Of a stretch of DNA of 64,000 bases, positions 11,551 to 23,518 are shown piece after piece. The notes beneath the pieces were generated by a model, which was not told where the DNA came from, did no database searches, and saw nothing but the letters and a program-made list of their open reading frames with translations. Positions within the stretch are counted from its first letter, which is position 1. Each line of letters starts with the position of its first letter. Source of the DNA: Antedon mediterranea (lineage: Eukaryota; Animalia; Echinodermata); contig NC_092670.1 of NCBI RefSeq assembly GCF_964355755.1, forward strand, positions 1,168,201-1,232,200, written 5' to 3'. A program made the position numbers and the translations under genes.

Positions 11551-14500
11551 TTATAATGAAAACATTGTGTTTTCCGTTTCTTCCATCTTGAGTTGGCGAC
11601 CTCCTCGATTGACCGTTGACCCCTGAAGCGAGTCGCCAGCAGCCGCTCTTTCCTCTAAGAATTTGTCAAACTCTGAAAGAATGATTAACTATGAAATTAA
11701 ATAAACTTTCTTAAATGATTTTGTACTTGTTTTCTGAATATTTTATTGTAATTTTTATGAATATTTTGGAATAAAACAAGCCAGATTAAGGAAAGGAAAA
11801 ATCTTTATCTACTCAGCAGTTACTGCAGTAATAAGTGTTAATAAAACTCATTATTATTATTATATTGCAATCTATGTGCATTGATTTGGTTTAATTGATT
11901 TAAATCATGGTATTCCAAAGGGAAAATCGTTGTAAATATCTGATTTAAAAGTTATTTCCAATGGTATATCTCATAACAGCTGAGTAATTCTACTGCAGTT
12001 ACTGCAGTAAATGAATTTCTTAATCAAACACAACAGCATAATACAATACAAAACAACAAATCATCCAACAGTACAAAAACAAAGTAATAATAAGTAACAA
12101 TATGAATTGTAAACGCACAGTGAAAAGGAACTAGAACATTGGAAGTCATTTATAGATTTTAAAATGTTCATATGGCAAAGAACTTCATTAAGAAATTATA
12201 TCTGAGCAAGCAAACAAACGTGAATACAATGTCATCTTTATTTCAGCAAGCCCATAGCCAGATAGGTTCAAGAGTACAAAAAGAAACGCCCTAAACTAGC
12301 CCAGCGATCATGATGATTTTTGCCCCTTCTGTGGAAAGGAAAACCCCATGCCGTATAAAAATGCTGGCTATGGGCCTGTTCAGTTTGAACATTCTGTCAG
12401 AGGTACAGTATAGGAACAAAATGCTGGCTATGGGCCTGTTTAGTTAACATTCTGTCAGAGGTACAGTATAGGAACAAAATGCTGGCTATGAACCTGTTCA
12501 GTTTGAAAATTCTGTCAGAGGTACAGTATAGGAACAAAATGCTGGCTATGGGCCTGTTCAGTTTGAACATTCTGTCAGAGGTACAGTATAGGAACAAAAT
12601 GCTGGCTATGGGCCTGTTTAGTTAACATTCTGTCAGAGGTACAGTATAGGAACAAAATGCTGGCTATGGGCCTTTTTAGTTAACATTCTGTCAGAGGTAC
12701 AGTATAGGAACAAAATGCTGGCTATGGGCCTGTTCAGTTTGAACATTCTGTCAGAGGTACAGTATAGGAACAAAATGCTGGCTATGGGCCTGTTTAGTTG
12801 AACATTCTGTCAGAGGTACAGTATAGGAACAAAATGCTGGCTATGGGCCTGTTTAGTTTGAACATTCTGTCAGAGGTACAGTATAGGAACAAAATGCTGG
12901 CTATGGGCCTGTTTAGTTTGAACATTCTGTCAGAGGCACAGTATAGGAACAAAATGCTGGCTATGGGCCTGTTCAGTTTGAACATTCTGTCAGAGGTACA
13001 GTATAGGAACAAAATGCTGGCTATGGGCCTGTTCAGTTTGAACATTCTGTCAGAGGTACAGTATAGGAACAAAATGCTGGCTATGGGCCTGTTTAGTTAA
13101 CATTCTGTCAGAGGTACAGTATAGGAACAAAATGCTGGCTATGGGCCTGTTTAGTTAACATTCTGTCAGAGGTACAGTATAGGAACAAAATGCTGGCTAT
13201 GGGCCTGTTCAGTTTGAACATTCTGTCAGAGGTACAGTATAGGAACAAAATGCTGGCTATGGGCCTGTTCAGTTTGAACATTCTGTCAGAGATACAGTAT
13301 AGGAACAAAATGCTGGCTATGGGCCTGTTTAGTTTGAACATTCTGTCAGAGATACAGTATAGGAACAAAATGCTGGCTATGGGCCTGTTTAGTTAACATT
13401 CTGTCAGAGGTACAGTATAGGAACAAAATGCTGGCTATGGGCCTGTTTAGTTTGAACATTCTGTCAGAGGTACAGTATAGGAACAAAATGCTGGCTATGG
13501 GCCTGTTTAGTTTGAACATTCTGTCAGAGGTACAGTATAGGAACAAAATGCTGGCTATGGGCCTGTTTAGTTAACATTCTGTCAGAGGTACAGTATAGGA
13601 ACAAAATGCTGGCTATGGGCCTGTTCAGTTTGAACATTCTGTCAGAGATACAGTATAGGAACAAAATGCTGGCTATGGGCCTGTTCAGTTTGAACATTCT
13701 GTCAGAGGTACAGTATAGGAACAAAATGCTGGCTATGGGCCTGTTTAGTTAACATTCTGTCAGAGGTACAGTATAGGAACAAAATGCTGGCTATGGGCCT
13801 GTTTAGTTAACATTCTGTCAGAGGTACAGTATAGGAACAAAATGCTGGCTATGGGCCTGTTTAGTTAACATTCTGTCAGAGGTACAGTATAGGAACAAAA
13901 TGCTGGCTATGGGCCTGTTTAGTTTGAACATTCTGTCAGAGGTACAGTATAGGAACAAAATGCTGGCTATGGGCCTGTTTAGTTTGAACATTCTGTCAGA
14001 GGTACAGTATAGGAACAAAGAATACTAATTCAGATGCAATAATACAGCTTCAATTAAAAGTATCTGTTTTCACCATATGAATGAAATGAATGTATCAGCA
14101 TGTGATAAATGATTGAAAAATGATTGAAACATGATGGATAAAAGGATAAAAAAAGAATAGTATACACAATTAGAAAGACACACAATGCAATGAAAATGAT
14201 TGAAGTCTTGAAACCTAATAAACAAATGAGTGAATGGATGATAAAAATGAAAGAAACAATGAAAGAAATAGACATACAGACATTATATTTTGCCATCTTT
14301 GTGCAATTACTTCAATTGTGTGAAGTACTTTGTCAATATGTTGTCAGTACATCATTAGGACCACCAAATGTACCTACTCTTCACCATGCAACTTATATTG
14401 TAACTTTACTTAGTTATTTCACAATGGTAAAATGGTGTGAGCACATAGAATGTCATTCCTATAATACATGAGTGCATGGTTCATGCATGAGTGATCAATG

Positions 14501-17500
14501 GCCAAAACAATGGTTCTCCTCACCATGTGGAAATGATGCTGCTGTATATTGAAGTAGACGAGAATGAATTAGTAGAACATTAATTTGAAGGTGCAATTGT
14601 GGTCAATCTGTTTAAAATGGACCTGAAATGGATTTTCGATTTTTTTCATTTTAGAATGATGTTTTGGGGGCTATTAGGTGTTGCTAGAATGTATATTGTT
14701 ACAAAATATAAATTGGCCCTTTTGGGGAAAGCCCCATTTGAAAACCAAAAAAATTCGCGGGTGACGTCACTTTGCGAATATATTCCTATCCCTCCAATGG
14801 ACAATTTGCAGTTTTTTGGCTATAACTCTTGAAATCTATGGAGTATTTTCTAAAAAATGCTTGTGCATTTGCAGAAATGTATTTAGAATTTTTTTAGATA
14901 AAATTATTACCGTATAAACGGTTATTCATCGAGTAAATGACGATTTAAAATCTTAAAATCAACGTTTTTTTTCTGGCAATACCGAAGTTGGCCTGGCAAC
15001 GTTGTCCGGGATACAGCTCCGTGCGCAATGATGCGTATCCATATTTTCCGTTCGTGTATTTTGTATATCGTTCGTAATTTATACTGCTAAAATGTGTTAG
15101 TTTCTTTAGTTTTTAGTTTAGCAGAATTAAATTAGTAATATGAGATGATAATTTATTTGTCACGAATCAGGCAGTTCGAAAACGAATTTTATTCATATTT
15201 TGCAAGTTGTTGATATTGCTTTGGTCCTTGGATGCACATAAAACGGAGCCTCGCCGCATGATGTGGGTGGTGGATCGACTCCGCGCGCTGGATTGAGGGC
15301 CTAGGCCTAGTAAAGGTTTAGGAGGTAGGTCTTCTAAATTCGGGTTTTAGAACAAACGAAGTACATTTTAGGGACCTATATTTCAACAACATTAGATATT
15401 GAATAAATTAGTATTAGTGTCAACGCTTCGGGTATCTTTCCAGGCCGTCGATTATTCACTGACTATCGGGCGGCATACACGCTCTCGATATCATCGTGTG
15501 TATATGTGACGTCGTGAATATAGAGGCTTCCGACGGCCGTTGAAATAGAATATTGCAATGGCGTGAGTAATTTTCGCTAATTTTCCATGGTATCTTAAAA
15601 TTTCGTTTTCACTCAAAATACTATAGATTTTGTTTTTATTTGTATGGGTTTGTGTTAATTTGATACATTTAAATAACATGTGTGAATTTCTTGAAAATCG
15701 AAAATCCATTTCAAGTCCATTTTAATAATAAATGTATCATTACACATTACACAAGAATAGATAGGAAGATGGTGTCTATGAGTTTTGTAAATAGTCTACC
15801 TAAATGTGCTTTACGATTTGTTCAATGAATGAATGCGAGTAACTATGGTAAACTTGAGTCATACATGACTGGATTTTAGCATCATGGGTAACAACACATG
15901 ATCCTGGTGTGCCATTAAAAAGTGACTTGTTGGACGACTTGCGGAGGAGTTATGTAGAGTCTATACATGCTATGGATATTTTAGTTAACTGAATTCAAAT
16001 GAATTATGATATTTGAAGATGAAGTTATATAATTTTAAAGAAAAATGTATAGAGTGTAGTGTCATATTTAATAAGTTGAAAAAATGTTAGTATAAATTGT
16101 ATTAGAATAGCAGGTAGCAGATACTGACCTGAGCTTGTGATGCCTTCTGGGTTTGTATTGGCAGCAGCTGTGCTGTCTACAGGTTTGCTCTGAAACAACA
16201 AACAAACAATCACACTGATAAACCTTCATTTGTGCAATATTATTTAGAGATTTATTTATTTATTTATTTTATTTTATTTTATTGTAGCAGGGAATGTATT
16301 TTATATACACAACTTGTAACTTTATAATGTTCTTGTTGCTGAAGGGGGGTTTGTTCAAATAAAGCCTACACCTATACTGTAGGTTCATGCCTAAACCTAT
16401 ACTCTAGGTTCATGCCTACACCTATGTATACTGTAGGTCCATTTACTTACCAAATCACTTTCCTGAAGCCATTGTTCCATGTTCTCTAGTTGACTAAAGT
16501 CAGCTGGCAACTGTTTGAAAAAACAAAAAAACAATTGAAATAAAAAAAAGGAACAAAAACAGAATTGAAAAAAGCATAGATGTTGATATGATATGACAGC
16601 CGAACAACAAGCATATGCACTTGGATTATAAATACAATTACTATGAGTAGATGTTGATATGATATGACAGCAGAACAACAAGCATATGCACTTGGATTAT
16701 AAATACAATTACTAGTATTACAGAACAAGAAGCATATGCACTTGGATTATAAATACAATTACTATGTATTACAGAACAAGAAGCATATGCACTTGGATTA
16801 TAAATACAATTACTATGTATTACAGAACAAGAAGCATATGCACTTGGATTATAAATACAATTACTATGAGCATAAAGATTGTGAGCGCTGCTGTGTCTTT
16901 TCATGTTTAACTTAAAATTAGAATAATTTAAAAGGTCAATAAGAGAACATAGTAAAATATTTATAAAGTATACAAATAATTTAAAGAACTCAATGGTGCT
17001 TACCTCCTCTTGCTCCTCTTTATCCTGTACTCATGAAATGATAAATATGGATGGATAAAAAGGAAATAAAGAAAAATAAAAAAATGAAAATGAATGAAAA
17101 ACAACATGCAATGTAAACTGCCATGATAGTCCAAGAGGTATAATGTACAACATGCAACTGCCTGCTATCTCAATAAGTTCTTAATTTTCCCAATCTACCC
17201 ATTATATATTATTTCTTTTAAGGTACTACTATTATCAAATGCAATAAACGCCTTATTATTATTTTGTGGCAATATTATTGGTAAATATTTCCTTACCTCA
17301 TTATTGGTCTCTGGCTGCAACCATGAAATAGATAAATATGGATGAATAAAAGAAAATGAAAAAAAAAATGATAAAACAAAATGCAATGAATGAAATTTCA
17401 TTAAAAAAATGGATAAACACAAAATTGATGAATGATTTAAGTAATCATGATTAGAAACTAAATGTCTCAAAATAAAACAAATAATACAATCTACAATGAC

Positions 17501-20500
17501 TTGCTTACCTGGTCTACAATGACTTGCTTACCTGGTCTAATTCACTGTTCCACCAGCTTATGGAAGGCAATGCCAAATACTTACCAGATAGAATCTAGCC
17601 CACGTACAGTAGTTAATAACCAGATGCTAGACTAAGAGCTTACCTTACTGATGGCTTGCGATTCAGTAGAAAAAGGGTTTACTGCCCTAGAGTTCATAGC
17701 ATTGGCTAGGCCTCCTGAAGTCTGATCCATGTTGGAATTATCTTGGTATGTGCTACCACTATCAATAAATAAGTTAATTTCTAAACATATTATGCACAGA
17801 TACAATAAATACAATCTGGAGTCTGCAAGTAAGTTTCACACTGTGTGTTAATGAAGAGTTTCGGTTATGATATTTAAGGGAACAAAGAGCTACAGTAGTA
17901 ATAATAATGTTTATAAGCGCTTAATAGCATATTTATATTGTACTTTATGGAGTAGTCTCTAATCACAGTGTTTTAGAGTTGTCCACTCACTCACCCTCTC
18001 ACTGGGTCCTGATATGCAGTCTGTCGACTTAAGGCAAACATGTCAAAATCATCAGTGTTGGCTTGATTAGCTGCTGGCGGGGCAGTCTGTAACTGGCCCG
18101 GTGGGGCAGTCTGTAACTGGCCCAGTGTGTTGCTTACACTACTGCCACCCATTCCTAATCACAATGATAATAATATTTTGTATTGTAGAAGCTTTATCAC
18201 ATTATTTCAACGATTTGGTTTAAATATTTAGTTGAGTCACACTCACCTAAACCAGCTAATTGTTCAGACAACTGTCCCACCGCTGGGTTTGGTGGCTGAG
18301 ATTGAGTAACAGGCTCATCATCAAAACTAATTAATGTTCCAACTGAAGAATTGTTCTGTAAGTTTATAACACAATAAATATTGGACACAATATCTATTTT
18401 TTAAAGTTTAAAAATTACACGAATCTACCAAAAACAAACAAATTGATTCTATTACCTGAGCAGGAGGTGGTGCTTGACTCTGTGATGTCATATTATTTGC
18501 ATATGCAGGCACTGAGGCTGCTGGTGCACCACCACCAGCGGGGTAACCCGGACCACCGGCGGGGTAACCCGGACCACCGGCGGGGTAACCCGGACCACCG
18601 GTGGAGTAACCCGGACCACCGGTGGGGTAACCCGGACCACCAGCAGGGTAACCCGGACCACCAGCAGGGTAACCTGGTGCACCAGTAGGGTAACCTGGTC
18701 CACCAGTGGGGTAACCTTGTCCACCGGCTGGGTAACCTGGTCCACTGGTGGGATAGCCTGGTCCACTTGCAGGTGGAGCACCAACTCTGTACGCTGGTGA
18801 GGACGCTGAAACCTGGTAGGCTGGAGGATTAACTGCTCCAAGACCTGTCATTGCTGGTTGTTGGGACTGGGCGTTTGATGGTTGAGTCTGTTGCCGGTAA
18901 CGCTCAAATCGGTCATACCGTACAAAAACATTATTTAAGTCATCATTAATCCTTAAAAGTTCACCTGTAAGAAAAGTATACCCAGTGAGTATTCTTTATT
19001 TTGTAAAATATTTTAAAACAGCATTGCCATAAGCTACTTTTTTGTAAAATGTTTTAGATAAAACAGCATTGGCGTTTTGTTCAGTTCAAAAATAAATACT
19101 AAATGTTTGATAGACTGTCTCTGGGGTATGCAGTTGCTCACTTTCTTATTTGTTTTGATTACTCTAAGATATAATTCTTAGCTAAACACAAATTTTACCT
19201 GTAACTTCTTCATTGCTAACTTTATTAAGTAGATGCACAACACGTGACTGCATAGAACGACATGTACGGTTTAACTCTTGCAACAGCTCCAAATCCCCAG
19301 GGTTCTCTTGCCCAGGGGTCATCTCTGTAAGCATTTCAGAGAAGACTCGATAATTACCCTGGACAACTTCCAGGTCTTTTTGCATTTTAACCAGTTGTTC
19401 TGGTGAGAGATTGACTGGGCCTTCAGCAAGCTGGGCAGGAGGCACAACTGGTGATGGATGATGGTGCATCTGTGGAGCCTAGGTACCAAGAAAAGTACAT
19501 TGAAATTTTAAAACTTCTTGTAGGGCTAAATTAAACAGACAGAGGCAGTTCTCTAATTGGTAAATTACATTGATAAATTCTTTGTTAGAAGATACTAACC
19601 TGCCGATTATGAGATGGAGGCCGAGATACGGCTGGGTCTAATTCAGGAACACTCTGAAGCAAACAAATATACATACTATCAATAAATGTGTTGATAAATA
19701 GCACATTGAAATTATTGTACCTTAGGGTCAAATCTAGATAAATTGAGACAATTTCAGAATTATCGTGATAGACAAGAATTATACTAATAAAGCATGATGC
19801 AGATACGTACACTCATAATAGAGAATACAAGTGGGTCTTATTATGGTAAGTATATATCAGGATAAATTGAGATAATTTCAGAATTCATATCATGACAAGA
19901 AGCCCACTAATATTAGGAGATAATGCATTATACTGTAATACTACTACACTGTATACACTGTACCTTATATAGAGGATACAAGTAACTCTTATTTAAGAAC
20001 AAACTTACTCTTTCAGGGGTGATGATCGGAGCCAATGTATCTAAATCTGTAGCAGGGAACTCTATTCCTTTAGTGCGTAATTCCTCATAGACTTTAACGA
20101 CACCCTGTAAATCTGGAAGCGCACGGAAAGCATCTGCCCAGGATTGAATGAGCGCGAGGATCTTCTCTTGCACAAGTGTCGGCGGGTTGGAACTCGGCTG
20201 AATGATTTTGACGAGTTCTTTAATGAAGTCTTGCTTGCAGATGAGAACATGAAATCGATGTCCACAGTTTTTAACACATGTTTCCAACAACTGAAAAGTA
20301 AAGTCATGTCGTGAATAAAAACTGAAGATGGAACACCTCAATCTGGCCCAATCATAATTTAAAAATCTAGTCTTTGAAGAATGATAATGATAGATTAAGA
20401 TAGTGAAAACATATTTGAGGCGACTGAACTGAACTTTTTATCATTATTTTTTTATTTTTTATTTGTGTAAGTTATTTTTTGTTCTAATTTATGAAAGAAG

Positions 20501-23500
20501 ATCTATATTTTTTAAGTCCAAAAGCAGTAATAAATAAATAACAAAAAATAATAAGGTCTTTTTAAGAGAATTTCAGAATTTATAGAAGGTAGAGAAGAGT
20601 GAACATGAAAAGAAACCTTGAGGACAAAAGGACGGCTGAACTTTTGTATCATGTGAGTCTATATATACTGTATGTGAGTCTATATATACTGTATGTGAGT
20701 CTATATATACTGTATGTGAACTTTATTCAATCAATCGTACATTTTTTTGGTATTATATTGGTAACAATAATAAAGTGTATTTACAGTGATTTTTACACCG
20801 AAAAAATATATTAATTATAAAATATATACAGTGATTATTTACAGTAATGATAATAATAAAAATTAATTGTTTATATTGACTATTACTAAACAGAAGTTGA
20901 ATAATAAAATACTGAAAGAGAAAGCAGTGCCTTACCGTAAGTGTATACATAACTTCTTTCCATTTCTTATTGCCAACCAATTTCTTTTTGATTGCTTTCA
21001 TTGCCTCCTTATGTCTGTTTAAAAAAGAGAGTAAGCTAATTGTAACGTTTAAAAAAGAGAGTAAGCTAATTGTAACGTTTACAAAAGAGAGTAAGCTAAT
21101 TGTAACGTTTACAAAAGAGAGTAAGCTAATTGTAACGTTTACAAAAGAGAGTAAGCTAATTGTAACGTTTAAGAAAGAGAGTGAGCTAATTGTAATGTTT
21201 AAGAAAGAGAGTAAGCTAATTGTAACGTTTAAGAAAGAGAGTAAGCTAATTGTAACGTTTAAGAAAGAGAGTAAGCTAATTATACTGTACTATAAAGAGA
21301 TTGAGCTATTTGTAACGTTTAAGAAAGAGAGTAAGCTAATTGTACCATTTAAGAAAGAGAGTAAGCTATTGTAATGTAAGCTAATTTTAATGTTCAAGAA
21401 AGTGGGTAGTGACCACTTACTAGCATGATGTATATATTAAAGAAATGTAAATGCTACTGAATGCTTGGTAATCAGACATTTTACAATGCAAAGGTTAATT
21501 CAAAAATTCAATAACTTTTAATGTCCAATATTTATAAAAAAAAATAAAAATTGGAAATTTTATGTTGGACATACTACTATTAAACACAACAAATAAAATA
21601 TATAAAATTGAATAAGTTGATTAAGTCTATAAGTCTATCTATTGCACATCTCGTTAATGTAGAACATTATATTTTTTTTTTTTAAATCATGGATCTTTCA
21701 CTGCTCTAATATGTCACAGTCGAAAATGGTAATTGGCATAGAACTAATTCAGATAATGCATTGCTGTTTTACACACAAACAATTAAAAGAATAAAGATTT
21801 ATAAAAAGTAGATTAAAAAACCTACATAAGAATTTCAACTTGTTTCTCAATAATATAAGTGGTAGGGTGTGATATTGATTAAAAATAAAATATTGTTCAA
21901 AAGTGTTAAAACTTACGCATCTTCTGATTCATTGATTATATCACATATTTCTATACTTAAAGACCAATCTTCAGATGCCAATGATTCATTTGTTGCCTTT
22001 TCTGATAAACAAAACAATTGGGAAAATTTAATTCAAGTTTACGATAGAATATTCAAGGCGTATATTATAATAGTTAGTAATGTACTTACTGTAGTAAGTT
22101 TGTCTATTTATTTAAAATAACATAATTTGTATCATGATGTGAAGTTAACTTATTTATAAAATTCACTTTCTGAAATAGAAATCAGAAACTAATTCAATTA
22201 CAGTTTCTTATCTCAGTTTTGTGGATTTGTAAGAAAGAAATAAAGAATTCAATGACGACACCTAAATAGTCATAAGCAGTGGCGTTCTTTCTCACTTTTT
22301 TAGAAGTTGCCATATATTTATAAGTAATGTTTTGTTTGTCAGTAATCCACATTTAATGACCAATTCATCACATGGACGATTAAAATAGTAAGATATTCAA
22401 TGTCATCACAAATAAAGAAGAAAACTAAGTAAGAAGAGAGTATCATACTATAGTACATAATGTTTAATAGATATTCAAATGTTGAATAAATTAACACTAG
22501 GCCTACATGTGTAGTAGTACAATGGGCATATTAACACTAGGCCTAGGCCTATGTGTAGTAGTACAATGGGCATATTAACACTAGGCCTATGTGTAGTAGT
22601 ACAATGGGCATATTAACACTAGGCCTACATGTGTAGTAGTACAATGGGCATATTAACACTAGGCCTACATGTGTAGTAGTACAATGGGCATATTAACACT
22701 AGGCCTATGTGTAGTAGTACAATGGGCATATTAACACTAGGCCTATGTGTAGTAGTACAATGGGCATATTAACACTAGGCCTATGTGTAGTAGTACAATG
22801 GGCATATTAACACTAGGCCTATGTGTAGTAGTACAATGGGCATATTAACACTAGGCCTACATGTGTAGTAGTACAATGGGCATATTAACACTAGGCCTAT
22901 GTGTAGTAGTACAATGGGCATATTAACACTAGGCCTATGTGTAGTAGTACAATGGGCATATTAACACTAGGCCTACATGTGTAGTAGTACAATGGGCATA
23001 TTAACACTAGGCCTATGTGTAGTAGTACAATGGGCATATTAACACTAGGCCTACATGTGTAGTAGTACAATGGGCATATTAACACTAGGCCTACATGTGT
23101 AGTAGTACAATGGGCATATTAACACTAGGCCTATGTGTAGTAGTACAATGGGCATATTAACACTAGGCCTATGTGTAGTAGTACAATGGGCACATTTTTA
23201 ATATCAATATAATATTAACATTATACAAACATTTTTTAATAATTGAATAAATACAAATTAAACCATTTGTTGAATTTCTATACATTCATTCCTCTATAGG
23301 CTTATTAATATTTATTACTACTATATTTATATGACTCAGCAACGAGTGACAAAAAATGTCAATATTATTATTCATACATGCACATTGTCCATACTTTAAT
23401 AAATTTAAAAGGCCAATCCAAAACTAAAACAAAAACATTTAAAAATTATTAAATTGTTAGGCCTACCGATTCTCTGGCCAACTGGAGAGCTGAACGGATT

Positions 23501-23518
23501 CGATGCGAAGAAAGACAT
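11551..23518 (-). CDS. TOM1L2: TOM1/TOM1L2-family VHS-GAT endosomal ubiquitin adaptor, ~668 aa
   Basis: Exons (minus): 23467-23518, 21917-22001, 20936-21014, 20009-20290, 19600-19653, 19199-19478, 18456-18964, 18247-18355, 17995-18154, 17644-17758, 17297-17314, 17004-17024, 16451-16510, 16129-16189, 11551-11672, all GT-AG and in frame. Motifs: [29 protein letters not shown] (VHS); [20 protein letters not shown] (GAT); DDFDMFA; MEQWL; [15 protein letters not shown]...MFSL*. Confidence 0.92.
12357..14020. repeat. 58/60-bp minisatellite, ~28 copies, in the last TOM1 intron
   Basis: Unit AAAATGCTGGCTATGGGCCTGTTYAGTT(TG)AACATTCTGTCAGAGGTACAGTATAGGAAC. Confidence 0.96.
14050..14063 (-). CDS. Candidate alternative terminal exon of the TOM1-like gene (adds DTFN*)
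   Basis: AAAACAG acceptor (14064-14066) preceded by ~200 nt of U-rich, YCAY-rich sequence resembling that before the two microexons; phase-1 join gives ...GITSS-D-T-F-N-TGA. Confidence 0.4.
14616..15721. mobile_element. Kolobok-like non-autonomous DNA transposon
   Basis: TTAA|AATGGACCTGAAATGGATTTTCGATTTT ... AAAATCGAAAATCCATTTCAAGTCCATT|TTAA: ~28-bp TIR, TTAA TSD, purine-starting ends, CpG-richer interior. Confidence 0.8.
16575..16872. repeat. 51/72-bp tandem repeat, ~5 copies
   Basis: Core AGCATATGCACTTGGATTATAAATACAATTACTA repeated. Confidence 0.9.
17004..17024 (-). CDS. 21-nt microexon of the TOM1-like gene (DKEEQEE)
   Basis: gagtacag|GATAAAGAGGAGCAAGAGGAG|gtaagc; frame-preserving, phase 0. 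Confidence 0.7.
17297..17314 (-). CDS. 18-nt microexon of the TOM1-like gene (PETNNE)
   Basis: ggttgcag|CCAGAGACCAATAATGAG|gtaagg; frame-preserving, phase 0. Confidence 0.7.
18534..18765 (-). repeat. Coding 21-bp repeat encoding GGPGYP(A/T) x~10 within TOM1 exon 7
   Basis: ORF 18408..18851 translation [27 protein letters not shown]... Confidence 0.9.
20652..20718. repeat. 21-bp tandem repeat x3
   Basis: TGTGAGTCTATATATACTGTA repeated. Confidence 0.85.
21016..21375. repeat. 30-bp minisatellite x~12 abutting the TOM1 exon 3 acceptor
   Basis: Unit AAAAAGAGAGTAAGCTAATTGTAACGTTTA. Confidence 0.95.
22491..23190. repeat. 38/40-bp minisatellite x~18 in TOM1 intron 1
   Basis: Unit ATTAACACTAGGCCTA(CA)TGTGTAGTAGTACAATGGGCAT. 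Confidence 0.95.

Noticed and set aside
12397-14018. Repetitive ORFs [16 protein letters not shown]...
   Set aside because: Artefacts of a 60-bp intronic minisatellite, interrupted by 58-bp frameshifting units
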